Shown: piece by piece, positions 1 through 8,665 of the stretch
Numbering within the stretch: position 1 is the first letter of the stretch
Layout: each line of letters opens with the position of its first letter
The notes under the pieces: model-generated
Databases searched by the model: none
What the model was told of the DNA's origin: nothing
The model's input: the letters and a program-made list of their open reading frames with translations, nothing else
Program-made: the position numbers and the translations under genes
Assembly: GCA_041658325.1 (NCBI GenBank)
Contig: JBBAAI010000002.1
Coordinates: 20,409 to 84,408 of the forward strand
Reading direction: 5' to 3'
DNA length: 64,000 nucleotides
DNA from: Minisyncoccota bacterium
GTDB taxonomy: Bacteria > Patescibacteriota > Minisyncoccia > Phycocordibacterales > UBA9973

Positions 1-134
1 AAATATTTTTAAGTATTTTATATTTGTGTTACAATATTGATTGAAAATTATTTTTATCTGTGGCGGGTGGTCGCACTCACATAGGCACATATGTTGGAGG
101 TTAGCCATCACCTGCCTCAAATGAAAATAATTTT

Positions 135-160
135 ACCCACCGAAAGGTGGGTTTTTGTTT
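135..160 (+). terminator. Rho-independent terminator-like hairpin (acccacc-gaaa-ggtgggt plus T-tract)
   Basis: 7-bp GC-rich stem, GAAA loop, then TTTTTGTTT. It closes a GC-rich structured segment (58-158) in an AT-rich intergenic region. Confidence 0.5.
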
Positions 161-423
161 ATAAAAAATAGAAAACATTTTTTATAATGCGCACATAATT
201 TTCTGCTGAAAATTTGCGATGCTCGGCTCGTCAGCCTGCGCAGTGCATTCTAAAAATTATTTTCTATTTTCTTTTTATAAAAAGTTATCCACAGTTTTGA
301 TGAAAAAGTATTGTATTTGATTCTGATATGCGGGATAATTAAATTAGTTCGAAGCAATAAATTTTTTGGTCGGTTTATTGCAAACTAATTTAATAATTTA
401 ATTTCGCGCGCGCGACAAAAAAT

Positions 424-495
424 ATGGCAGCAAAAAAGAAAGCAAAGAAAGTAGCAAAGAAGAAAGTTGCAAAAAAGGGAAAGAAGCGAGCATAG
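424..495 (+). CDS. 23-aa Lys/Ala-rich micro-ORF (MAAKKKAKKVAKKKVAKKGKKRA)
   Basis: ATG...TAG read by eye; too short for the ORF track. It has its own intrinsic terminator immediately downstream. Composition resembles tiny basic ribosomal or nucleoid peptides. Confidence 0.3.
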   Translation: MAAKKKAKKVAKKKVAKKGKKRA

Positions 496-506
496 TCTTC
501 TCTTGA

Positions 507-540
507 AAACTTCCGACGAAAGTCGGAAGTTTTTTGTTTT
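507..540 (+). terminator. Intrinsic terminator (acttccgac-gaaa-gtcggaagt plus T10)
   Basis: Perfect 9-bp stem, GAAA tetraloop, then TTTTTTGTTTT, directly after the micro-ORF stop. Confidence 0.7.
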
Positions 541-557
541 TATGCTAATATATATTC

Positions 558-3086
558 ATGAGTTTATTTAGTAAAATATTTGGCGACGAAAGCTCTAAAT
601 TCATTGGAAATGTAGGGAAAATAGTAGATAAAATCAATTCTTTCGAAGAATCTATTTCAAAGCTAGCAGATGAGGATTTCCCGAAAAAAACACAGGAATT
701 TAAGGATAGGTTAAATAAAGGAGAAACATTGGATGAAATATTACCCGAAGCTTTTGCTCTCGTGCGAGAGGCGGCTAAAAGAAATTTAAAAGAAAGACAC
801 TATGATGTGCAGTTGGTAGGAGGGATAGCATTACATCAAGGCAAGATTGCTGAGATGAGAACGGGTGAAGGAAAAACTTTAGTCGCTGTTCTTCCAGCAT
901 ATTTAAATGCGCTTTCAGGTGAAGGGGTGCATGTTGTCACTGTTAATGATTATCTTTCTCGTATCGGTGCAGTGCTCATGGGTCAAGTTTATAATTTTTT
1001 GGGTTTAAGTGTTAGCGTTATTAATTCACAAAATGTTTCTTATTTATATGATGCGGCTCATAAAGAAGAAGATAAAGAGAGAGATCAAGTCGGAGAATTT
1101 AAAATTGTTTATGATTTTTTAAAACCATGCTCCAGAAAGGAAGCATATCTGGCAGATATAACTTATGGAACAAATCATGAGTATGGTTTTGATTATTTGC
1201 GAGATAATTTAGCTACTAGGGTAGAAGATTTAGTGCAAAGAGAACACAATTATGCGATTGTTGACGAAGTAGATTCTATTTTGATAGACGAAGCACGTAC
1301 TCCGCTTATTATTTCTTCTCAGTCTGGGGATTCAGAAGATTTTTATACCAAGTTTGATCAAATAGCTAAACAATTGAAGAGTGACACGGACTACAAAGTA
1401 GATGAAAAACTAAAGGCAATATCTTTAACCGATGAAGGTATCACTAAAGCAGAAAATCTTTTAGGTATTCAAAATATTTATACGGAAAAAGGCATTAAAT
1501 ACGTGCATCACCTAGAAACAGCGGTAAAAGCGCAGGCCATTTTTGAACGAGATAAAGATTATGTGGTAAAAGAAGGCGAGGTTATTATCGTTGATCCATT
1601 CACTGGGCGACTTCAGCCAGGCAGACGTTGGTCCGAAGGAATTCATCAAGCTATTGAGGCGAAAGAGGGTGTAAAAATTGAAAAAGAAACGAGGTCTAGT
1701 GGTTCCATCACTTTTCAAAATTATTTTAGATTTTATAAAAAACTTTCTGGCATGACAGGTACGGCGGCGACTTCAGCGGAAGAGTTTTTGAAAGTCTATG
1801 GATTAGATGTGATCGTAATTCCTACCAATCGTCCTGTTGTTCGCGTGGATCATAGTGATCTTATTTTCCAATCAGAAAAAGGAAAGTTTCAAGCGATTGC
1901 AAAAAAAGTAAAAGAATTAAATTCCAAGGGTCAGCCGGTTTTGATCGGGACTATTTCTATTGAAAAAAATGAGCTTCTTTCTGTTTATCTTAAACAAGAA
2001 GGCGTGCAGCACACAATCTTGAATGCAAAAAATCACGAGAAAGAAGGAGAAATAATTGCGCAAGCTGGTAAACGTGGAGCAGTGACCATCGCCACAAACA
2101 TGGCTGGACGTGGAATCGACATTAAACTCGGAGGGAACCCTCTTATAAAAGAAGAATATGATTTTGTAAAAAGTGTCGGTGGGCTTTTTGTTCTAGGTAC
2201 AGAACGACATGAAGCAAGAAGAATAGATAATCAATTACGAGGTCGTTCCGGTAGACAAGGAGATCCCGGTGAAACAATTTTTTATGTATCTCTTGAAGAT
2301 GATCTTATGCGAGTGTTTGGTTCGGAGAGAATTAAAACGATGATGGGACGTTTTGGTATACCAGAGGATCAGCCAATTGAAAACCGTTTTATTAATAGAA
2401 CCCTAGAGGGAGCGCAAGCAAAAATAGAAGGTTTTCATTTTGATGCTAGAAAAAATACTCTTGAATATGACGATGTGATGAATCATCAACGTAAGATCAT
2501 TTACGAGCGAAGACAAAAAATGTTGCGAGCAGACAAAGCAGAAATCGAAACCATCTTGAAAAATATAACAGAAAATAGAGAAGGCGGAGAGATTATGATT
2601 GAAGAAAAAAGAAAAAAACTGGGTGACGAAGCGTTTTTTGAAACAGTTCGCAGAATTGCCTTTTATGCGAACGATACACTTTGGATGGAGCACTTAGAGG
2701 CGATGGATTATTTGCGCTCATCTGTGAATTTGCGAGCCTATGGACAGCGAGAGCCTATCGTGGAATATAAAAAGGACGGCTTAATGATGTTCAAAGAAAT
2801 GGAAGAAGCTTTTAAAGAACAAGTCTTTTCACTTATTAACAACATAAATACTGAAAATGTTGTAAACATAAAAACAGAAGATAATGCGCCAAAACAGACT
2901 TTAATCACAAGTCACGAAGAATCCAAAGAACTTTCTGACGCAAAAGATGTAAAAGGAGAATTAAATATTGGACGTAATGATCCTTGTCCTTGTGGGGCGA
3001 TTAATTCTGCTACTGGCGAAGTGTATAAATGGAAAAAGTGCGGAATGATCAATGCGCCACAGCATAGAAAATCGTTGGTAAATTAA
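558..3086 (+). CDS. secA: Preprotein translocase ATPase SecA
   Basis: 842 aa. Shows the SecA DEAD-like motor and preprotein cross-linking and scaffold regions. The C-terminal zinc-binding tail CPCG...KKCG is present. Confidence 0.95.
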   Translation: MSLFSKIFGDESSKFIGNVGKIVDKINSFEESISKLADEDFPKKTQEFKDRLNKGETLDEILPEAFALVREAAKRNLKERHYDVQLVGGIALHQGKIAEMRTGEGKTLVAVLPAYLNALSGEGVHVVTVNDYLSRIGAVLMGQVYNFLGLSVSVINSQNVSYLYDAAHKEEDKERDQVGEFKIVYDFLKPCSRKEAYLADITYGTNHEYGFDYLRDNLATRVEDLVQREHNYAIVDEVDSILIDEARTPLIISSQSGDSEDFYTKFDQIAKQLKSDTDYKVDEKLKAISLTDEGITKAENLLGIQNIYTEKGIKYVHHLETAVKAQAIFERDKDYVVKEGEVIIVDPFTGRLQPGRRWSEGIHQAIEAKEGVKIEKETRSSGSITFQNYFRFYKKLSGMTGTAATSAEEFLKVYGLDVIVIPTNRPVVRVDHSDLIFQSEKGKFQAIAKKVKELNSKGQPVLIGTISIEKNELLSVYLKQEGVQHTILNAKNHEKEGEIIAQAGKRGAVTIATNMAGRGIDIKLGGNPLIKEEYDFVKSVGGLFVLGTERHEARRIDNQLRGRSGRQGDPGETIFYVSLEDDLMRVFGSERIKTMMGRFGIPEDQPIENRFINRTLEGAQAKIEGFHFDARKNTLEYDDVMNHQRKIIYERRQKMLRADKAEIETILKNITENREGGEIMIEEKRKKLGDEAFFETVRRIAFYANDTLWMEHLEAMDYLRSSVNLRAYGQREPIVEYKKDGLMMFKEMEEAFKEQVFSLINNINTENVVNIKTEDNAPKQTLITSHEESKELSDAKDVKGELNIGRNDPCPCGAINSATGEVYKWKKCGMINAPQHRKSLVN

Positions 3087-3123
3087 AATTTTTTAGATTA
3101 TTAATAATTAAATATTATTAATT

Positions 3124-3372
3124 ATGAAAAACTTAGAAATTGGAGGAGTTTATGAACACTACAAAGGAACCAGAGTAAAGGTTCTTTTTGAAGCGATAGA
3201 AAGCGAGACGAAAGAGCATTTAGTTATTTATATGCATTTAGAAGATGGTGTAATCTGGGCTCGGCCGAAACATATGTTTTTGGAAAATATTGTGTTGGAC
3301 GGTAAAGAAACAGAAAGATTTAAGAAAGTAGATCAACAAGTTTTGATAAAATCGAATGAAAAATATAATTAA
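3124..3372 (+). CDS. DUF1653-like small protein
   Basis: 82 aa with a YEHYKG...VIYMHLEDG...WARP motif pattern typical of DUF1653. Confidence 0.5.
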   Translation: MKNLEIGGVYEHYKGTRVKVLFEAIESETKEHLVIYMHLEDGVIWARPKHMFLENIVLDGKETERFKKVDQQVLIKSNEKYN

Positions 3373-4603
3373 AAGTTTGAGACTTAAAAGACGAGGAGTG
3401 GCACTCCTAGCCGGGATGCATTTTTATGGGAATCCTTCAGCAAGATTAAAAATTGTTGGCGTAACAGGCACGAATGGCAAGACGACAACAGCTACGCTTC
3501 TTTATGAAATAGCCACGGAACTTGGGTATAAAGCTGGACTCATCAGTACTGTAGAAAACATCATCGCTGGAAAAATTATTCCTCATGACGAGAAGGCCCC
3601 AGCTACCACGCCGGATCCGATTTATTTACACAAATTATTAAACGAAATGGTGGAAAAAGGTTGCGAATATGTTTTTATGGAAGTTTCCTCGCACGCGCTT
3701 GATCAGAGTCGTGTCGCGGGAATAAATTTTATTGGAGGAATTTTCACAAATTTGACGCACGATCATCTAGATTATCACAAAAATATTGATAACTACTTTG
3801 GAGCAAAAAAGAAATTTTTTAATGCACTATCCGAAAAAGCTTTTGCTCTTTCAAATTCAAACGATGACTACGGAGATTCGATGCTTGAGCATATCCACGC
3901 TAGGAAGTTCACTTATGGATTTAATAAATTTGAGGATTTTCATGGGGAAATTACAAAATTAGATTTTAATGGACTTTTGTTTTCCATCAATAAAGAGGAG
4001 GTGCATTCAAAACTTCTTGGTAAATTCAATGCGTATAACCTACTAGCTGTTTGGAGCGCTTGTAAATTGATTGGTTTTGATATGAAGAAGGTAAAGAAAA
4101 TTTTAGAAGAAATAAAACCACCGCGTGGACGATTTGAACACTTTACTTCAAAAAGTGGTGTTTTGGTGATTGTAGATTATGCGCATACTCCGGATGCATT
4201 AGAAAAAGTATTGGTAGTAGTAAATGAAATAAAACCAAAAAACAATAAAGTAATTTCGATTTTTGGTTGTGGGGGTGATCGTGATCCGCTGAAGCGTCCG
4301 AAAATGGGGAAAATCGGCGTGATTAATTCTGATATTGCAATTTTTACTTCAGACAATCCACGAAGCGAAGACCTGGACAAAATTATTGAACAGATGAAAA
4401 CTGATTTATCGACAGAGGATTCGAAAAAAGTAAAAACTATTGCGAACAGGCGTGAGGCTATTTTAGAAGGAGTAAAATTAGCGCAAAAAGGAGACATAAT
4501 TCTCTGTGCTGGCAAAGGCCACGAAAATTACCAGGAAATCAAGGGAGTGAAATCTCATTTTGATGATAAGGAGGAGTTTAGAAAAGCTTATGGAGAAATA
4601 TAA
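3356..4603 (+). CDS. murE: UDP-N-acetylmuramoyl-tripeptide synthetase MurE
   Basis: Mur ligase P-loop GVTGTNGKTTT. The MurE-specific DNPR motif is present (FTSDNPRSED). Confidence 0.85.
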   Translation: MKNIIKSLRLKRRGVALLAGMHFYGNPSARLKIVGVTGTNGKTTTATLLYEIATELGYKAGLISTVENIIAGKIIPHDEKAPATTPDPIYLHKLLNEMVEKGCEYVFMEVSSHALDQSRVAGINFIGGIFTNLTHDHLDYHKNIDNYFGAKKKFFNALSEKAFALSNSNDDYGDSMLEHIHARKFTYGFNKFEDFHGEITKLDFNGLLFSINKEEVHSKLLGKFNAYNLLAVWSACKLIGFDMKKVKKILEEIKPPRGRFEHFTSKSGVLVIVDYAHTPDALEKVLVVVNEIKPKNNKVISIFGCGGDRDPLKRPKMGKIGVINSDIAIFTSDNPRSEDLDKIIEQMKTDLSTEDSKKVKTIANRREAILEGVKLAQKGDIILCAGKGHENYQEIKGVKSHFDDKEEFRKAYGEI

Positions 4604-5918
4604 GGAATTTTTTAGAAATAAAAAGATTACTGTCATGGGGCTAGGGCTTTTGGGGCGGGGGCTTGGATATACGAAGTTTCTAGCAGAATGCGGAGCGGAT
4701 TTGATAGTGACTGACTTAAAGACAAAAGAGCAATTAAAAACTTCTTTAAGAACACTTTCTAAATACAAGAAAATTAAATTTATTTTGGGTGAACATCAGT
4801 TGGATGATTTTAAGGGAAGAGACATGGTTATTAAGGCAGCCGGGGTACCACTTGATTCTATTTACATAAAAGAAGCTCGAAAAAATAAAATTCCTGTCGA
4901 AATGGATGTTTCTCTTTTTGTTAAATGCGCGCCGGAAGTAATGATCGTGGGGGTGACAGGAACCAGGGGGAAATCGATGGTGACGGCTCTAATCTTTGAG
5001 GTTCTTTCAAAAAATCTCAAAAATAGAGGAGTATATTTAGGCGGAAATGTTCGTGGAGTGGCGACGTTGCCATTGCTCGAGAAAGTAAAAGCAGGTGATA
5101 TCTTAGTTTGCGAGCTAGATTCTTGGCAGTTGCAGGGATTCGGAGATGCAAAAATTTCTCCACATATTTCCGTTTTCACTTCTTTTATGCCAGACCATAT
5201 GAATTATTACAAAAACTCTATGCAAGATTATTTTGCTGACAAAGCAAATATTTTTAAATATCAAAGAAAGGGAGATGTTTTGGTTACGAACAAAGAAGTA
5301 AAAAAATTAATTAAGTTAAAACTAAAAAGTAAAGTTATTTTAGCAGATAAAAAAAATGTTTCGGATTTCAAATTTATCGTACCCGGAGAACATCAGAAGC
5401 AGAATTTGGCGTACGCGGTAGAAGTTGCCAAGCAGTTTAATATTCCAATAGCGAAAATTAAAAAAACCGTAGCGAACTTCAAGGGAGTAGAAGGCAGGTT
5501 GCAGTTTCTAAAAAATTACAAAGGTATAAAAATATACAATGATAACAATGCCACGACACCGGAAGCTACGATAGCTGGAGTTGAAGCTCTTAAAAATAGA
5601 AAAAGAAATATAGTTTTAATTTGTGGTGGCGCAGACAAAAAGCTGGACTTAACAAATTTTGTAAAAGCTATTAATGATAACTGTAAGGCTATTTCGCTTA
5701 TTCCGGGGACAGGAACAGATATCTTGTTAAAAGATTACAAACTAGAAATTCCTTTTCAAATAGGTAAGGATTTTAAAGATGTTATAGTAAAAGGGCTAAG
5801 TTTTGCAAAAAAAGGCGACACCATTTTATTCTCTCCCGCTTTTGCGTCTTTTGGTATGTTTAATAATGAATATGAAAGAAATGATTTGTTTATGAAGATT
5901 ATTAAGAATTTAAAATAA
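4560..5918 (+). CDS. murD: UDP-N-acetylmuramoylalanine--D-glutamate ligase MurD
   Basis: N-terminal GLGLLGRG Rossmann segment and Mur ligase P-loop VGVTGTRGKS. The true start may be the internal ATG at 4590, which follows an AAGGAGG; it overlaps the murE 3' end. Confidence 0.8.
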   Translation: MMIRRSLEKLMEKYKEFFRNKKITVMGLGLLGRGLGYTKFLAECGADLIVTDLKTKEQLKTSLRTLSKYKKIKFILGEHQLDDFKGRDMVIKAAGVPLDSIYIKEARKNKIPVEMDVSLFVKCAPEVMIVGVTGTRGKSMVTALIFEVLSKNLKNRGVYLGGNVRGVATLPLLEKVKAGDILVCELDSWQLQGFGDAKISPHISVFTSFMPDHMNYYKNSMQDYFADKANIFKYQRKGDVLVTNKEVKKLIKLKLKSKVILADKKNVSDFKFIVPGEHQKQNLAYAVEVAKQFNIPIAKIKKTVANFKGVEGRLQFLKNYKGIKIYNDNNATTPEATIAGVEALKNRKRNIVLICGGADKKLDLTNFVKAINDNCKAISLIPGTGTDILLKDYKLEIPFQIGKDFKDVIVKGLSFAKKGDTILFSPAFASFGMFNNEYERNDLFMKIIKNLK

Positions 5919-5919
5919 G

Positions 5920-7197
5920 GTGAATTTAGATTTAACAAAATTTAAAAAAATATTTTTTATTGGGATAGGCGGAATAGGTATTTCGGCGTTGGCGAAAATG
6001 GCTATTTCGCGAGGCATAGAAGTATCTGGAGTAAACGACGAAGAAAGTCCAAAAACCCTTAATTCTCTTCGAGGGGAAGGCGCTGAAATATTATTTCAGC
6101 ATGATTTTAAAATTTCTCATGATTCTTTTCAAGTGGCCGATATGTATGTTTACAGCGACGCGTGGCTTCATCGGGGTCCGGAGATTATTGAAAATGCGAA
6201 AAAAACAGGTAAACCAGTTTTAAATTATTTTGGGGCGTTGGGCGAATTCGCGAAAGATTATAAGGTAATAGCTATTGCCGGTACACACGGGAAAACAACG
6301 ACGACGGCAATGGTGGCAGAAATTCTTATTGAGGCAGAATTGGATCCGACAGTTATCGTCGGTTCTTTTATCAAAAAGCTTAACAGTAATTTTAGAAAAG
6401 GTAATAGCAAGTATTTGGTTGTGGAAGCAGATGAATATAATCGTCACTTTTTAAGTTTATATCCTTACCTTTCTCTTATTTTAAATATTGAAGCGGATCA
6501 TTTAGATTATTACAAAGATTTGCGGGATGTACAGGACGCATTTAGTAAGTTTCTTTCTCAAAGTGAAAACAAAATTGTAGATTACCAAAAATATTTGGAA
6601 AAAGTTCCGAAACTTTTAGTTCCCGGTATTCACAATAGGTTAGATGCGGCAGCTGCTCTCGCTGTAGCAGATTTTTTGCAGACCAAGGAAGAGGTTGCTC
6701 AAAAATCTCTATCTGAATTTACTGGTACGTGGCGAAGATTGGAAAAAAGGGGAGAAACCAAAGAAGGGACGATTATTTATGACGACTATGCGCACCACCC
6801 GACAGAGATAATAGCGAGCCTGCAAGGATTGCGAGAACTTTATCTAAAGGGTGACCTGCCTGCGCAGGCAGGGAAAAACATAACAGTACTTTTTCAGCCA
6901 CACCTTTACAGTCGCACTAAAGCACTATTCAACGATTTTACTAAATGTTTCAAGGGGGCTGATCAAATATTTCTTTTACCCATCTATTTTGCCAGAGAAG
7001 ACAAGGATGAGAGTATATCCAGTGAGAAATTGGCTGAGGCTATAGCCCAAACAGGGGAAAAAGTTCGTGCCTTTAGTAGTTTTGAAGAGGCTGAAATCGT
7101 TACTAAATCCTTAAATCTAGGTCCGGATGATGTATTTATAACAATGGGGGCCGGGGAGGCATACAAAGTAGCGGACAAAGTTTTCAACATATCTTAA
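5920..7197 (+). CDS. murC: UDP-N-acetylmuramate--L-alanine ligase MurC
   Basis: GIGGIGISALA N-terminus and P-loop IAIAGTHGKTTTT, with MurC-like domain order. Contains a perfect GC-rich 18-bp palindrome at 6855-6872. Confidence 0.85.
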   Translation: MNLDLTKFKKIFFIGIGGIGISALAKMAISRGIEVSGVNDEESPKTLNSLRGEGAEILFQHDFKISHDSFQVADMYVYSDAWLHRGPEIIENAKKTGKPVLNYFGALGEFAKDYKVIAIAGTHGKTTTTAMVAEILIEAELDPTVIVGSFIKKLNSNFRKGNSKYLVVEADEYNRHFLSLYPYLSLILNIEADHLDYYKDLRDVQDAFSKFLSQSENKIVDYQKYLEKVPKLLVPGIHNRLDAAAALAVADFLQTKEEVAQKSLSEFTGTWRRLEKRGETKEGTIIYDDYAHHPTEIIASLQGLRELYLKGDLPAQAGKNITVLFQPHLYSRTKALFNDFTKCFKGADQIFLLPIYFAREDKDESISSEKLAEAIAQTGEKVRAFSSFEEAEIVTKSLNLGPDDVFITMGAGEAYKVADKVFNIS

Positions 7198-7299
7198 TTA
7201 TTCTATTTTTAGCCTTATTTGTCAATAGGTAGAGCCTAGAATATCCTTATTTTACAAGGTATTTTGAGTTTGACAGATGAAAAAAATGTTGCATAACTA

Positions 7300-7328
7300 T
7301 TGACTTCTTGGTTCGAATATGCTACTAT
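7300..7328 (+). promoter_or_regulatory. Sigma70-type promoter candidate (TTGACT-17-TACTAT)
   Basis: -35 TTGACT at 7300-7305, a 17-nt spacer, -10 TACTAT at 7323-7328. About 65 nt upstream of the 7395 gene. A second weaker TTGACA-17-ATAACT lies at 7270-7298. Confidence 0.5.
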
Positions 7329-7394
7329 AGAAGGGTATCCTTATAGTATAGGCGTAAAGCTTATGATATAAGGATTTTTAGTTTTAGTCACAAA

Positions 7395-8054
7395 GTGGCT
7401 GATAAGACAGTGACGAGTTGGCGGAGCACATACCGCCCAAATATGAAAAATAACAATCTAATACGTTTCGTTCAATCATTGGTATTTCTACCCGTCATGA
7501 CGATTTCTCTCGGAAATCCTAGTAACATAGAAATTCCCCGAACCGTATTGGTCCCACAACTTAATATTGCAGTTACTGGAGCATTGGCTCTTAACCAAGC
7601 CGTTGACCCAGAAGCTGAATCACTAAAAGCTAAAGCAGAAGCCATTGATGCTTATTTTAGAGAGCGCAAAATGCCTCTAGAGGGTATGGGCAAGAAAATG
7701 GTGGAAGAAGCTATCAAGAATGAACTTGATTGGCGTCTCTTGCCAGCTATCGCTGTGCGCGAATCCACCGGTGGAAAATTTGAATGTAAAAGAGTTCCGA
7801 ACAATGCCTTCGGGTGGGGTTCTTGTAAGATCGGTTTTAAATCAAACGAACAAGCTATCGAGGTAGTCGCAAAAAATTTGGGTGGAAATAATCCAAAAAC
7901 TGCCAAGCATTATGATGATAAAACCACCAAAGAAATTCTTCGAGCATACAACCCTCCTTCTATCGTTCCTAAATATGTTGATCAAGTTATCTCAATAATG
8001 GATACGATCGGCGACGAAGACACTGTTAAAACATTAGCTGTAGCAAATACATAA
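7395..8054 (+). CDS. Secreted or membrane-anchored protein with possible lysozyme/transglycosylase-like domain
   Basis: 219 aa. Starts with GTG at 7395, or alternatively ATG at 7443 (MKNNNL...). Hydrophobic N-terminus. The segment LLPAIAVRESTGG is reminiscent of the catalytic Glu-Ser region of SLT/lysozyme-like folds. Weak call. Confidence 0.35.
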   Translation: MADKTVTSWRSTYRPNMKNNNLIRFVQSLVFLPVMTISLGNPSNIEIPRTVLVPQLNIAVTGALALNQAVDPEAESLKAKAEAIDAYFRERKMPLEGMGKKMVEEAIKNELDWRLLPAIAVRESTGGKFECKRVPNNAFGWGSCKIGFKSNEQAIEVVAKNLGGNNPKTAKHYDDKTTKEILRAYNPPSIVPKYVDQVISIMDTIGDEDTVKTLAVANT

Positions 8055-8086
8055 AAACCCAGCCACAAGCTGGGTTTTTATTTTTA
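8054..8086 (+). terminator. Intrinsic terminator (aaaacccagc-cacaa-gctgggtttt plus T-tract)
   Basis: 10-bp stem, 5-nt loop, then TTTTTATTTTT immediately after the stop codon. Confidence 0.75.
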
Positions 8087-8616
8087 TGGTAAAATATATA
8101 TTTATGGAGAACAAAAAAAGATTTCTGATTTTAATAATAGTTCTTGCCCCATTAGTCATAGGAGGTATCGTGTATTACACAGGAAAAAATTCAAATCCTT
8201 CAACTGAAGTTATATCTACAACAACACTAGAAAAACAAATTGGTTCTATAAAAAGTATCTATCAAAAAAATGGGAAATATTATTTGGATATTGATTATGT
8301 TCAATGGATTTCGAATGCAAAAACCTGTGAGACAAGATATGGAGAATATAATAATGATTATTGTATTATTAATGATAATTCACTACTGCGAACTTTTTCG
8401 ATTTCTAATGACGTTAAAGTAGAGTTGCAAACATATAGTCATGATGTTTCTGGTGGATATGTTTGGAATCAAGTCATCCCTCTTTCAATCTTTGCAACGG
8501 CTTTAAACAATAGTTATGTAGAAATGCATCCTGAATATCCTGCTCGAAATTTTTTGTATTGGATAACTCTAAATAATGGAGTAATCACAAACATTGTTGA
8601 ACAATATCAGCCTTAA
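8086..8616 (+). CDS. Hypothetical protein with N-terminal membrane anchor
   Basis: 176 aa. N-terminal segment FLILIIVLAPLVIGGIVYY. No recognisable domain. Start may be the MENKKRF codon. Confidence 0.4.
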   Translation: MVKYIFMENKKRFLILIIVLAPLVIGGIVYYTGKNSNPSTEVISTTTLEKQIGSIKSIYQKNGKYYLDIDYVQWISNAKTCETRYGEYNNDYCIINDNSLLRTFSISNDVKVELQTYSHDVSGGYVWNQVIPLSIFATALNNSYVEMHPEYPARNFLYWITLNNGVITNIVEQYQP

Positions 8617-8630
8617 TGTTTTACCACTAA

Positions 8631-8657
8631 AAAATCCCCTATGAAAGGGGATTTTTT
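8631..8657. terminator. Bidirectional intrinsic terminator (aaaatcccct-atgaa-aggggatttt)
   Basis: Perfect 10-bp stem flanked by A-tract and T-tract, between the convergent genes 8086..8616(+) and rpsA(-). Confidence 0.75.
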
Positions 8658-8665
8658 AGGTGGAA

